In this document: one piece after another, positions 25,313 to 39,284 of the stretch | How the letters are laid out: the number at the start of each line of letters is the position of its first letter | Numbering within the stretch: position 1 is the first letter of the stretch | DNA from: Eledone cirrhosa | Taxonomy: Eukaryota | Reading direction: 5' to 3' | Length of the DNA: 64,000 nt | NCBI GenBank assembly: GCA_964016885.1 | Contig: OZ024757.1 | Location: 43,090,001-43,154,000 of the forward strand | Notes under the pieces: generated by a model | The model's input: the letters and a program-made list of their open reading frames with translations, nothing else | The model's database searches: none | What the model was told of the DNA's origin: nothing | Translations under genes and position numbers: made by a program

Positions 25313-28300
25313 CCGGAGCGTACTGCACATGCTTCAAGGACTTCGGACCGTCGTGCGCATGCGCCAAGGCCTCCGAACCGTAGTGCGCATGCGCCAACGC
25401 CGCCGGACCGTAGTGCGCATGCGCCAAGGCCGCCGGACCGTAGTGCGCATGCGCCAAGGCCGCCAGACCGTAGTGCACATGCGCCAAGGCCGCCGGGCCG
25501 TACTGCGCATGCGCCAAGGCCGCCGGACCGTAGTGCGCATGCGCCAATGCTGCCAGACCGTAGTGCGCATGCACCAAAGCTGCCGGACCGTAGTGCGCAT
25601 GCGCCAAGGCCGCCGGACCGTTGTGCGCATGCGCCAAGGCCACTGGACCGTAGTGCGCACGCGCCAATGCCATCGGACCGTAGTGCGCATGCGCCAAGTC
25701 TGCCAGACCGTAGTGCGAATGCGCTAAAGCCACCGGACCGTACTGCGCATGTGCCAAGGCCACCGGAACGTAGTGCGCATGCGGCAAGGTCGCCGGACCG
25801 TAGTGCGCATGCGCCAAGACCGCCGGACCGTAGTGCGCATGCGCCAATGCTGCCAGACCGTAGTGCGCATGCGCCAAGGCCGCCGTGCCGTAGTGTGCAT
25901 GCGCCAAGGCCGCCGGACCGTTGTGCGCATGCGCAAAGACCGCTGGCCCTTAGTGCGCATGCACCAAGGCCGCCGGACCGTTGTGCGCATGCGCAAAGAA
26001 CAATGGCCCTTAGTGCGCATGCGCCAAGGCCGCCGTAACGTACTGCGCATGCGCTCAGGCCGCCGGACCTTACTGCGCATGCGCCAAGGCCACTGGACAG
26101 TACTGCGCATGCGTCAAGGCCACCGGAAAGTAGTGCGCATGCGCCAAGGCCGCCGTACCGTTGTGCGCATGCGCAAAGACCGCTGGCCCTTAGTGCGCAT
26201 GCGCCATGGCCGCCGGACCTTACTGCGCATGCGCCAAGGCCACTGGACTGTACTGCGCATGCGCCAAGGCCACCAGGACGTAGTGCGCATGCGCCAAGGC
26301 CATCGGACCGTAGTGCGCATGCGCCAAGTCTGCCAGACCGTAGTGCGCATGCGCCAAAGCCACCGGACCGTACTGCGCATGTGCCAAGGCCACCGGAACG
26401 TAGTGCGCATGCGGCAAGGTCGCCGGACCGTAGTGCGCATGCGCCAAGACCGCCGGACTGTAGTGCGCGTGCGCCAAGGCCGCCAGACCGTAGTGCGCAT
26501 GCGCCAAGGTCGCCGGGCCGTACTGCGCATGCGCCAAGGCCGCCGGGCTTTAGTGCGTATGCCCCAATGCTGCTAGACCGTAGTGCGTATGCACCAAAGC
26601 CGCCGGACCGTAGTGCGCATGCGCCAAGGCCGCCGGACCGTAGTGCGCATGCACCAAGGCCGCCGGACCGTTGTGCGCATGCGCAAAGAACGATGGCCCT
26701 TAGTGCGCATGCGCCAAGGCCGCCGGAACGTACTGCGCATGCGCTAAGGCTGTCGGACCTTACTGCGCATGCGCCAAGGCCACTGGACAGTACTGCGCAT
26801 GCGCCAAGGCCACCGGAACGTAGTGCGCATGCGCCAAGGCCGCCGTACCGTTGTGCGCATGCGCCAAGGCCGCTGGACCGTACTGCGCATGCGCAAAGGC
26901 CACCGGAACGTAGTGTGCATGCGCCAAGGCCGCCGGAACGTTGTCCGCATGCGCGAAGGCCGCCGGACCGTAGTGCGCATGCGCCAAGACTGACAGACCA
27001 TAGTGCGCATGCACCAAAGCCGCCGGACCTTACTGCGCATGCGCCAAGGCCACTGGAGCGTACTGCGCATGCGCCAAGGCCACCGGAACGTAGTGCGCAT
27101 GCGCCAAGGCCGCCGCACCGTAGTGCGCATGCGCCAAGGCTGCCAGACCGTAGTGCGCATGCGCCAAAGCCGCCGGACCGTACTGCGCATGTGCCAAGGC
27201 CACCGGAACGTAGTGCGCATGCGGGGAGGTCGCCGGACCGTAGTGCGCATGCGCCAAGGCCGCCGAACCGCATGCGCACAAAGGTCCGGCGGCCTTGGCG
27301 CATGCGCAGTACGGTTCGGCCGCCTTGGCGCATGCGCACTACGGTCCGGCGGCCTTAGCGCATGCGCAGTTCGGTACTGGGACCTTGACGCATGCGCAGT
27401 ACAGTCAGTCGGTCTTGGCGCATGCACACTACGGTCCGGCGGCCTTGGCGCATGCGCAGTACGGTTCGGCGGCTTTGGCGCATGCGCACTACGGTCCGGC
27501 GGCCTTGGCACATGCGCAGTACGGTCCGGCGGCCTTAACGCATGCGCAGTTCGGTACTGCGACCTTGACGCATGCGCAGTACAGTCAGGCGGCCTTGGCG
27601 CACGCGCAGTACGGTCCGGCGGCTTTAGCGCATGCGCAGTTCGGTACTGCGACCTTGACGCATGCGCAGTACAGTCAGGTGGCCTTGGCGCATGCGCACT
27701 ACGGTCCGGCGTCTTTGGCGCATGCGCACTACGGTCCGGCGGCCCTGGCGCATGCGCAGTATGGTCCGGCGGCCTTGGCGCATGCGCACTACGGTTCGGC
27801 GGCTCTGGCGCATGCGCACTACGGTCCGGCGGTCTTGGTGCATGCGCAGTACGGTACTGGGACCTTGATGCATGCGCAGTACAGTCAGGCGGCCTTGGCG
27901 CATGCGCACTACGGTCCGGCGGCCTTGGCGCATGCGCAGTACGGTCCGGCGGCCTTAGCGCATGCGCAGTTCGGTACTGCGACCTTGACGCATGCGCAGT
28001 ACAGTCAGGTGGCCTTGGCGCATGCGCAGTACGGTCCGGCGGCCTTAGCGCATGCGCAGTTCGGTACTGCGACCTTGACGCATGCGCAGTACAGTCAGGC
28101 GGCCTTGGCACATGCGCACTACGGTCCGGCGGCCTTGGCGCATGCGCAGTATGGTCCGACGGCCTTGGCGCATGTGCACTATGTATCGGCGGCCTTGGCG
28201 CATGCGCACTACGGTTCGGCGGCTTTGGCGCATGCGCACTACGGTTCGGCGGCTTTGGCGCATGCGCACTACGATCCGGCGGCCTTGGCGCATGCGCACT

Positions 28301-29497
28301 ACGGTCCGGCGGACTTGGCGCATGCGCACTACGGTCATATGGCCTTGGCGCATGCGCACTACGGTACTGCGGCCTTGTCGCATGCGCAGTACGGTACTGC
28401 GGACTTGGCGCATGCGCAGTACGGTCAGGCGGCTTTGGCCCATGCGCACTACGGTCCGGCGGGCTTGGCGCATGCGCAGTATGGTCCGGCGACCTTGACG
28501 CATGCGCACTACGGTTCGGCGGCTCTGGCGCATGCGCACTGCGGTCCGGCGGCCTTGGCGCATGCGCAGTACGGTCCGGCGGCCTTAGCGCATGCGCAGT
28601 TCGGTACTGGGACCTTGACGCATGCGCAGTACAGTCAGGCGGCCTTGGCGCATGCGCACTACGGTCCGGCGGCCTTGGCGCATGCGCACTACGGTCCGGC
28701 GGCTTTGGCACATGCGCAGTACGGTCCGGCGGCCTTAACGCATGCGCAGTTCGGTACTGCGACCTTGACGCATGCGCAGTACAGTCAGGCGTCATTGGCG
28801 CATGCGCATTACCGTCCGGCGGCCTTAGCGCATGCGCAGTTCAGTACTGCGACCTTGACGCATGCGCAGTACAGTCAGGTGGCCTTGGCGCATGCGCACT
28901 ACGGGCCCGCGTCTTTGGCGCATGCGCACTACGGCCCGACGGCATTGGCGCATGCGCAGTATGGTCCGGCGGCCTTGGCGCATGCGCACTACGGTTCGGC
29001 GGCTCTGGCGCATGCGCACTACGGTCCGGCGGTCTTGGTGCATGCGCAGTACGGTACTGGGACCTTGATGCATGCGCAGTACAGTCAGGCGGCCTTGGCG
29101 CATGCGTACTACGGTCCGGCGGCCTTGGCGCATGCGCAGTACGGTCCGGCGGCCTTAGCGCATGCGCAGTTCGGTACTGCGTCCTTGACGCATGCGCAGT
29201 ACAGTCAGGTGGCCTTGGCGCATGCGCAGTACGGTCCGGCGGCCTTAGCGCATGCGCAGTTCGGTAATGCGACCTTGACGCATGCGCAGTACAGTCAGGC
29301 GGCCTTGGCGCATGCGCACAACGGTCCGGCGCCCTTGGCGCATGCGCAGTATAGTCCGACGGCCTTGGCGCATGTGCACTATGTATCGGCGGCCTTGGCG
29401 CATGCGCACTACGGTTAGGCGGCTTTGGCGCATGCGCACTACGATCACGCCGTCTCGGCGCGTGCGCAGTAAGGTCTGGCGGTCTTGGCGCATGGCC

Positions 29498-29732
29498 ACG
29501 TCATCAAAAAGGACTAACATGGCCGAAATGTCATCATGTATGTCTGAAATTACAACAAAATGGCTAAGACGGCATAATAAATGACTAAAGTGACAATAAA
29601 ATGCTAAAACCGTATCATAATTGACTAGAATGACTCTAACACGACTGAAACGTCTAAAATGACTATAAATGGCTCTAAAATGGTTAAACTGCATCATAAA
29701 TTACTAAAATAACTCAAAATGGCTAAATATGG
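29498..29732 (+). repeat. AT-rich spacer, medium (235-bp) form
   Basis: Full left end, truncated at aaatatgg|actgtac. Confidence 0.95.
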
Positions 29733-32700
29733 ACTGTACTGCGCATGCGCCAAGGCCACCAGGACGTAGTGCGCATGCGCCAAGGCCATCGGACCGTAGT
29801 GCGCATGCGCCAAGGCCACCGGAACGTAGTGCGCATGCGGCAAGGTCGCCGGACCGTAGTGCGCATGCGCCAAGACCGCCGGACCGTAGTGCGCGTGCGC
29901 CAAGGCCGCCAGACCGTAGTGCGCATGCGCCAAGGTCGCCGGGCCGTACTGCGCATGCGCCAAGGCCGCCGGGCTGTAGTGCGCATGCCCCAATGCTGCT
30001 AGACCGTAGTGCGCATGCACCAAAGCCACCGGACCGTAGTGCGCATGCGCCAAGGCTGCCGGACCGTAGTGCGCATGCACCAAGGCCGCCGGACCGTTGT
30101 GCGCATGCGCAAAGAACGATGGCCATCTTAGTGAGCATGCGCCAAGGCCGCCGGAACGTACTGCGCATGCGCTAAGGCCGCCCGACCTTACTGCGCATGC
30201 GCCAAGGCCACTGGACAGTACTGCGCATGCGTCAAGGCCACCAGAACGTAGTGCGCATGCGCCAAGGCCGCCGTACCGTTGTGCGCATGCGCAAAGACCG
30301 CTGGCCCTTAGTGCGCATGCGCCATGGCCGCCGGACCTTACTGCGCATGCGCCAAGGCCACTGGACTGTAGTGCGCATGCCCCAAGGCCACTGGACAGTA
30401 CTGCGCATGCGTCAAGGCCACCGGAACGTAGTGCGCATGCGCCAAGGCCGCCGTACAGTTGTGCGCATGCGCCAAGGCCGCTGGACCGTACTGCGCATGC
30501 GCAAAGGCCACCGGAACGTAGTGCGCATGCGCCAAGGCCGCCGGAACGTAGTGCGCATGCGCCAAGGCCGCCGGACCGTAGTGCGCATGCGCCAAGGCTG
30601 CCAGACCGTAGTGCGCATGCTCCAAGACCGCCGGATCTTACTGCGCATGCCCCAAGGCCGTCGGACCGTAGTGCGCATGTGCCAAGGCCGCCAGACCGTA
30701 GTGCGCATGCGCCAAGGCCGCCGAACCGTACTGCGCATGCGCCAAGGCCGCCGGACCTTTGTGCGCATGCGGTTCGGCGGCCTTGGCGCATGCGCACTAC
30801 GGTCCGGCGACCTTCCCGCATGCGCACTACGTTCCGGTGGCCTTGGCACATGCGCAGTACGGTCCGGCGGCTTTGGCGCATGCGCACTACGGTCTGGCAG
30901 CCTTGGCGCATGCGCACTACGGTCCGGCGGCCTTGGCGCATGCGCACTACGGTCCGGCGGCCTTGGCGCATGCGCACTACGTTCCGGTGGCCTTGGCGCA
31001 TGCGCAGTACGCTCCAGTGGCCTTGGCGCATGCGCAGTAAGGTCCGGCGGCTTTGGCGCATGCGCACTATGGTCTGTCAGACTTGGCGCATGCGCACTAC
31101 GGTCCGGCGGCCTTGGCGCATGCGCACTACGTTCCGGTGGCCTTTGCGCATGCGCAGTACGGTGCAGCGGCCTTGGCGCATGCGCACAACGGTACGGCGG
31201 CCTTGGCGCATGCGCACTACGTTCCGGTGGCCTTGACGCATGCGCAGTACTGTCCAGTGGCCTTGGGGCATGCGCACTACAGTCCAGTGGCCTTGGCGCA
31301 TGCGCAGTAAGGTCCGGCGGCCATGGCGCATGCGCACTAAGGGCCAGCGGTCTTTGCGCATGCGCACAACGGTACGGCGGCCTTGGCGCATGCGCACTAC
31401 GTTCTGGTGGCCTTGACGCATGCGCAGTACTGTCCAGTGGCCTTGGCGCATGCGCAGTAAGGTCCGGCGGCCTTAGCGCATGCGCAGTACGTTCCGGCGG
31501 CCTTGGCGCATGCGCACTACGGTTCGGCGGCTCTGGCGCATGCGCACTACGGTCCGGCGGTCTTGGTGCATGCGCAGTACGGTACTGGGACCTTGATGCA
31601 TGCGCAGTACAGTCAGGCGGCCTTGGCGCATGCGCACTACGGTCCGGCGGCCTTGGCGCATGCGCAGTACGGTCCGGCGGCCTTAGCGCATGCGCAGTTC
31701 GGTACTGCGACCTTGACGCATGCGCAGTACAGTCAGGCGGCCTTGGCACATGCGCACTACGGTCCGGCGGCCTTGGCGCATGCGCAGTATGGTCCGACGG
31801 CCTTGGCGCATGTGCACTATGTATCGGCGGCCTTGGCGCATGCGCACTACGGTTCGGCGGCTTTGGCGCATGCGCACTACGATCCGGCGGCCTTGGCGCA
31901 TGCGCACTACGGTCCGGCGGCCTTGGCGCATGCGCACTACGGTCATATGGCCTTGGCGCATGCGCACTACGGTACTGCGGCCTTGTCGCATGCGCAGTAC
32001 GGTACTGCGGACTTGGCGCATGCGCAGTACGGTCAGGCGGCTTTGGCCCATGCGCACTACGGTCCGGCGGGCTTGGCGCATGCGCAGTATGGTCCGGCGA
32101 CCTTGACGCATGCGCACTATGGTTCGGCGGCTCTGGCGCATGCGCACTGCGGTCCGGCGGCCTTGGCGCATGCGCAGTACGGTCCGGCGGCCTTAGCGCA
32201 TGCGCAGTTCGGTACTGGGACCTTGACGCATGCGCAGTACAGTCAGGCGGCCTTGGCGCATGCGCACTACGGTCCGGCGGCCTTGGCGCATGCGCAGTAC
32301 GGTCCGGCGGCCTTAACGCATGCGCAGTTCGGTACTGCGAACTTGACGCATGCGCAGTACAGTCAGGCGGCCTTGGCGCATGCGCATTACGGTCCGGCGG
32401 CCTTAGCGCATGCGCAGTTCAGTACTGCGACCTTGACGCATGCGCAGTACAGTCAGGTGGCCTTGGCGCATGCGCACTACGGGCCCGCGTCTTTGGCGCA
32501 TGCGCACTACGGCCCGGCGGCCTTGGCGCATGCGCAGTATGGTCCGGCGGCCTTGGCGCATGCGCACTACGGTTCGGCGGCTCTGGCGCATGCGCACTAC
32601 GGTCCGGTGGTCTTGGTGCATGTGCAGTACGGTACTGGGACTTTGATGCATGCGCAGTACAGTCAGGCGGCCTTGGCGCATGCGCACTACGGTCCGGCGG

Positions 32701-33305
32701 CCTTGGCGCATGCGCAGTACGGTGCGCAAAGAACGATGGCCCTTAGTGCGCATGCGCCAAGGCCGCCGGAACGTACTGCGCATGCGCTAAGGCCGCCGGA
32801 CCTTACTGCGCATGCGCCAAGGCCACTGGACAGTACTGCGCATGCGTCAAGGCCACCGGAACGTAGTGCGCATGCGCCAAGGACGCCGTACCATTGTGCG
32901 CATGCGCAAAGACCGCTGGCCCTTAGTGCGCATGCGCCATGGCCGCCGGACCTTACTGCGCATGCGCTAAGGCCGCCGGGCCTTACTGCGCATGCGCCAA
33001 GGCCACTGGACTGTATTGCGCAGGCTCCAAGGCCAGCAGGACGTAGTGCGCATGCGCCAAGGCCATCGGACCGTAGTGCGCATGCGCCAAGTCTGCCAGA
33101 CCGTAGTGCGCATGCGCCAAAGCCACCGGACCGTACTGCGCATGTGCACTACGTTCCGGTGGCCTTGGCACATGCGCAGTACGGTTCGGTGGCTTTGGCG
33201 CATGCGCACTACGGTCTGGCAGACTTGGCGCATGCGCACTACGGTCCGATGGCCTTGGCGCATGCGCACTACGTCCTGGTGGCCTTGGCGCATGCGCAGT
33301 ACAGT

Positions 33306-33540
33306 CCATATTTAGCCATTTTGAGTTATTTTAGTAATTTATGATGCAGTTTAACCATTTTAGAGCCATTTATAGTCATTTTAGACGTTTCAGTCGTGTT
33401 AGAGTCATTCTAGTCAATTATGATACGGTTTTAGCATTTTATTGTCACTTTAGTCATTTATTATGCCGTCTTAGCCATTTTGTTGTAATTTCAGACATAC
33501 ATGATGACATTTCGGCCATGTTAGTCCTTTTTGATGACGT
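33306..33540 (-). repeat. AT-rich spacer, medium (235 bp), reverse
   Basis: Reverse complement of 29498-29732; F->R flip. Confidence 0.95.
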
Positions 33541-35263
33541 GCCCATGCGCCAAGACCGCCAGACCTTACTGCGCACGCGCCGAGACGGCGTGATCGTAGT
33601 GCGCATGCGCCAAAGCCGCCTAACCGTAGTGCGCATGCGCCAAGGCCGCCGATACATAGTGCACATGCGCCAAGGCCGTCGGACTATACTGCGCATGCGC
33701 CAAGGGCGCCGGACCGTTGTGCGCATGCGCCAAGGCCGCTGGACCGTACTGCGCATGCGCAAAGGCCACCGGAACGTAGTGCGCATGCGCCAAGGCCGCC
33801 GGACCGTAGTGCGCATGCGCCAAGACTGACAGACCTTAGTGCGCATGCGCCAAAGCCGCCGGACCTTACTGCGCATGCGCCAAGGCCACTGGAGCGTACT
33901 GCGCATGCGCCAAGGCCACCGGAACGTAGTGCGCATGCGCCAAGGCCGCCGGACCGTAGTGCGCATGCGCCAAGGCTGCCAGACCGTAGTGCGCATGCGC
34001 CAAAGCCGCCGGAACGTAGTGCGCATGCGGGAAGGTCGCCGGACCGTAGTGCGCATGCGCCAAGGCCGCCGAACCGCATGCGCACAAAGGTCCGGCGGCC
34101 TTGGCGCATGCGCAGTACGGTTCGGCGGCCTTGGCGCATGCGCACTACGGTCTGGCGGCCTTGGCACATGCGCACTACGGTCCGACGGCCTTGGGGCATG
34201 CGCAGTAAGATCCGGCGGTCTTGGAGCATGCGCACTACGGTCTGGCGGCCTTGGCGCATGCGCACTACGGTCTGGCAGCCTTGGCGCATGCGCACTACGG
34301 TCCGGCGCCCTTGGCGCATGCGCACTACTTTCCGGTGGCCTTGGCGCATGCGCAGTACGCTCCAGTGGCCTTGGCGCATGCGCAGTAAGGTCCGGCGGCT
34401 TTGGCGCATGCGCACTATGGTCTGTCAGTCTTGGCGCATGCGCACTACGGTCCAGCGGCCTTGGCGCATGCGCACAACGGTACGGCGGCCTTGGCGCATG
34501 CGCACTACGGCCCGGTGGCCTTGACGCATGCGCAGTACTGTCCAGTGGCCTTGGGGCATGCGCACTACAGTCCAGTGGCCTTGGCGCATGCGCAGTAAGG
34601 TCCGGCGGCCATGGCGCATGCGCACTAAGGGCCAGCGGTCTTTGCGCATGCGCACAACGGTACGGCGGCCTTGGCGCATGCGCACTACGTTCTGGTGGCC
34701 TTGACGCATGCGCAGTACTGTCCAGTGGCCTTGGCGCATGCGCAGTAAGGTCCGGCGGCCTTAGCGCATGCGCAGTACGTTCCGGCGGCCTTGGCGCATG
34801 CTCACTAAGATGGCCATCGTTCTTTGCGCATGCGCACAACGGTCCGGCGGCCTTGGTGCATGCGCACTACGGTCCGGCAGCCTTGGCGCATGCGCACTAC
34901 GGTCCGGTGGCTTTGGTACATGCGCACTACGGTCTAGCAGCATTGGGGCATGCGCACTACAGCCAGGCGGCCTTGGCGCATGCGCAGTACGGCCCGGCGA
35001 CCTTGGCGCATGCGCACTACGGTCTGGCGGCCTTGGCGCACGCGCACTACGGTCCGGCGGTCTTGGCGCATGCGCACTACGGTCCGGCGACCTTGCCGCA
35101 TGCGCACTACGTTCCGGTGGCCTTGGCACATGCGCAGTACGGTTCGGTGGCTTTGGCGCATGCGCACTACGGTCTGGCAGACTTGGCGCATGCGCACTAC
35201 GGTCCGATGGCCTTGGCGCATGCGCACTACGTCCTGGTGGACTTGGCGCATGCGCAGTACAGT

Positions 35264-35319
35264 CCATATTTAGCCATTTTGAGTTATTTTAGTAATTTAT
35301 GATGCAGTTTAACCATTTT
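35264..35319 (-). repeat. AT-rich spacer, short (56 bp), reverse
   Basis: ccatatttagccattttgag...aaccatttt. Confidence 0.95.
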
Positions 35320-37210
35320 CAAGGCCGCCGGACCGTACTGCGCATGCGCCAAGGCCACCTGACTGTACTGCGCATGCGTCAAGGTCGCAGTACCGAACTG
35401 CGCATGCGCTAAGGCCGCCGGACCGTACTGCGCATGCGTCAAGGCCGCCTGACTGTACTGCGCATGCGTCAAGGTCGCAGTACCGAACTACGCATGCGTT
35501 AAGGCCGCCGGACCGTACTGCGCATGTGCCAAGGCCGCCGGACCGTAGTGCGCATGCGCCAAAGCCGCCGAACCGTACTGCGCATGCGCCAAGGCCGCCG
35601 GACCGTAGTGCGCATGCGCCAAGACCGACTGACTGTACTGCGCATGCGTCAAGGTCCCAGTACCGAACTGCGCATGCGCTAAGGCCGCCGGACCGTACTG
35701 CGCATGCGCCAAGGCCGCCGGACCGCAGTGCGCATGCGCCAGAGCCGCCGAACCGTAGTGCGCCTGCGTCAAGGTCGCCGGACCATACTGCGCATGCGCC
35801 AAGCCCTCCGGACCGTAGTGCGCATGCGCTAAGGCCGCCGAACCGTACTGCGCATGCGCCAAAGCAGCTGGACCGTAGTGCGCATGCGCCAAGGCCACGG
35901 GACGGTACTGCGCATGATCCAAGACCGCCGGATCGTACTGCGCATGCCCCAAGGCCGTCGGACAGTAGTGCGCATGTGCCAAGGCCGCCAGACCGTAGTG
36001 CGCATGCTCCAAGACCGCCGGATCTTACTGCGCATGCCCCAAGGCCGTCGGACCGTAGTGCGCATGTGCCAAGGCCGCCAGACCGTAGTGCGCATGCACC
36101 AAGGCCGCCGAACCGTACTGCGCATGCGCCAAGGCTGTCGGACCTTTGTGCGCATGCGGTTCGGCGGCCTTGGCGCATGCGCACTACGGTCCGGCGACCT
36201 TCCCGCATGCGCACTACGTTCCGGTGGCCTTGGCACATGCGCAGTACGGTCCGGCGGCTTTGGCGCATGCGCACTACGGTCTGGCAGCCTTGGCGCATGC
36301 GCACTACGGTCCGGCGGCCTTGGCGCATGCGCACTACGTTCCGGCGGCCTTGGCGCATGCGCAGTACGGTCCAGCGGCCTTGGCGCATGCGCACAAAGGT
36401 ACGGCGGCCTTGGCGCATGCGCACTACGTTCCGGTGGCCTTGACGCATGCGCAGTACTGTCCAGTGGCCGTGGGGCATGCGCACTACAGTCCAGTGGCCT
36501 TGGCGCATGCGCAGTAAGGTCCGGCGGCCTTAGCGCATGCGCAGTAAGGTCCGGCGGCCATGGCGCATGCGCACTAAGGGCCAGCGGTCTTTGCGCATGC
36601 GCACAACGGTACGGCGGCCTTGGCTCATGCGCACTACGTTCCGGTGGCCTTGACGCATGCGCAGTACTGTCCAGTGGCCTTGGCGCATGCGCAGTAAGGT
36701 CCGGCGGCCTTAGCGCATGCGCAGTACGTTCCGGCGGCCTTGGCGCATGCGCACTAAGGGCCATCGTTCTTTGCGCATGCGCACAACGGTCCGGCGGCCT
36801 TGGTGCATGCGCACTACGGTCCGGCAGCCTTGGCGCATGCGCACTACGGTCCGGTGGATTTGGTGCATGCGCACTACGGTCTAGCAGCATTGGGGCATGC
36901 GCACTACAGCCCAGCTGCCTTGGCGCATGCGCAGTACGGCCCGGCGACCTTGGCGCATGCGCACTACGGTCTGGCGGCCTTGGCGCACGCGCACTACGGT
37001 CCGGCGGTCTTGGCGCATGCGCACTACGGTCCGGCGACCTTGCCGCATGCGCACTACGTTCCGGTGGCCTTGGCACATGCGCAGTACGGTCCGGTGGCTT
37101 TGGCGCATGCGCACTACGGTCTGGCAGACTTGGCGCATGCGCACTACGGTCCGATGGCCTTGGCGCATGCGCACTACGTCCTGGTGGCCTTGGCGCATGC
37201 GCAGTACAGT

Positions 37211-37445
37211 CCATATTTAGCCATTTTGAGTTATTTTAGTAATTTATGATGCAGTTTAACCATTTTAGAGCCATTTATAGTCATTTTAGACGTTTCAGTC
37301 GTGTTAGAGTCATTCTAGTCAATTATGATACGGTTTTAGCATTTTATTGTCACTTTAGTCATTTATTATGCCGTCTTAGCCATTTTGTTGTAATTTCAGA
37401 CATACATGATGACATTTCGGCCATGTTAGTCCTTTTTGATGACGT
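37211..37445 (-). repeat. AT-rich spacer, medium (235 bp), reverse
   Basis: Copy of 33306-33540 at offset 3905. Confidence 0.95.
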
Positions 37446-39228
37446 GCCCATGCGCCAAGACCGCCAGACCTTACTGCGCACGCGCCGAGACGGCGTGATC
37501 GTAGTGCGCATGCGCCAAAGCCGCCTAACCGTAGTGCGCATGCGCCAAGGCCGCCGATACATAGTGCACATGCGCCAAGGCCGTCGGACTATACTGCGCA
37601 TGCGCCAAGGGCGCCGGACCGTTGTGCGCATGCGCCAAGGCCGCTGGACCGTACTGCGCATGCGCAAAGGCCACCGGAACGTAGTGCGCATGCGCCAAGG
37701 CCGCCGGACCGTAGTGCGCATGCGCCAAGACTGACAGACCATAGTGCGCATGCGCCAAAGCCGCCGGACCTTACTGCGCATGCGCCAAGGCCACTGGAGC
37801 GTACTGCGCATGCGCCAAGGCCACCGGAACGTAGTGCGCATGCGCCAAGGCCGCCGGACCGTAGTGCGCATGCGCCAAGGCTGCCAGACCGTAGTGCGCA
37901 TGCGCCAAAGCCGCCGGAACGTAGTGCGCATGCGGGAAGGTCGCCGGACCGTAGTGCGCATGCGCCAAGGCCGCCGAACCGCATGCGCACAAAGGTCCGG
38001 CGGCCTTGGCGCATGCGCAGTACGGTTCGGCGGCCTTGGCGCATGCGCACTACGGTCTGGCGGCCTTGGCACATGCGCACTACGGTCCGACGGCCTTGGG
38101 GCATGCGCAGTAAGATCCGGCGGTCTTGGAGCATGCGCACTACGGTCTGGCGGCCTTGGCGCATGCGCACTACGGTCTGGCAGCCTTGGCGCATGCGCAC
38201 TACGGTCCGGCGCCCTTGGCGCATGCGCACTACTTTCCGGTGGCCTTGGCGCATGCGCAGTACGCTCCAGTGGCCTTGGCGCATGCGCAGTAAGGTCCGG
38301 CGGCTTTGGCGCATGCGCACTATGGTCTGTCAGTCTTGGCGCATGCGCACTACGGTCCGGCGGCCTTGGCGCATGCGCACTACGTTCCGGCGGCCTTGTC
38401 GCATGCGCACTACGTTCCGGTGGCCTTTGCGCATGCGCAGTACGGTCCAGCGGCCTTGGCGCATGCGCACAACGGTACGGCGGCCTTGGCGCATGCGCAC
38501 TACGGCCCGGTGGCCTTGACGCATGCGCAGTACTGTCCAGTGGCCTTGGGGCATGCGCACTACAGTCCAGTGGCCTTGGCGCATGCGCAGTAAGGTCCGG
38601 CGGCCATGGCGCATGCGCACTAAGGGCCAGCGGTCTTTGCGCATGCGCACAACGGTACGGCGGCCTTGGCGCATGCGCACTACGTTCTGGTGGCCTTGAC
38701 GCATGCGCAGTACTGTCCAGTGGCCTTGGCGCATGCGCAGTAAGGTCCGGCGGCCTTAGCGCATGCGCAGTACGTTCCGGCGGCCTTGGCGCATGCTCAC
38801 TAAGATGGCCATCGTTCTTTGCGCATGCGCACAACGGTCCGGCGGCCTTGGTGCATGCGCACTACGGTCCGGCAGCCTTGGCGCATGCGCACTACGGTCC
38901 GGTGGCTTTGGTGCATGCGCACTACGGTCTAGCAGCATTGGGGCATGCGCACTACAGCCCGGCGGCCTTGGCGCATGCGCAGTACGGCCCGGCGACCTTG
39001 GCGCATGCGCACTACGGTCTGGCGGCCTTGGCGCACGCGCACTACGGTCCGGCGGTCTTGGCGCATGCGCACTACGTTCCGGTGGCCTTGGCACATGCGC
39101 AGTACGGTTCGGTGGCTTTGGCGCATGCGCACTACGGTCTGGCAGACTTGGCGCATGCGCACTACGGTCCGATGGCCTTGGCGCATGCGCACTACGTCCT
39201 GGTGGACTTGGCGCATGCGCAGTACAGT

Positions 39229-39284
39229 CCATATTTAGCCATTTTGAGTTATTTTAGTAATTTATGATGCAGTTTAACCATTTT
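39229..39284 (-). repeat. AT-rich spacer, short (56 bp), reverse
   Basis: Same sequence as 35264-35319. Confidence 0.95.

Larger units (their letters stand above)
12285..26507 (+). repeat. Near-perfect tandem duplication, unit 7102 bp
   Basis: ORF track is duplicated with offset 7102 (13129/20231, 15074/22176, 17690/24792, 18149/25251). I saw only one substitution (~14198 vs 21300). Confidence 0.93.

Noticed and set aside
33341-33829. Recurrent ORF starting MMQFNHFRAIYSHFRRFSRV in the spacer (also 5469, 17690, 24792, 29245, 37246, 47810, 53704, 57891, 60916, 63151)
   Set aside because: It is the T-rich strand of a decayed 10-bp repeat running into satellite with variable ends. It is destroyed in the short spacers and has no recognisable homology. 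Its recurrence reflects DNA duplication.
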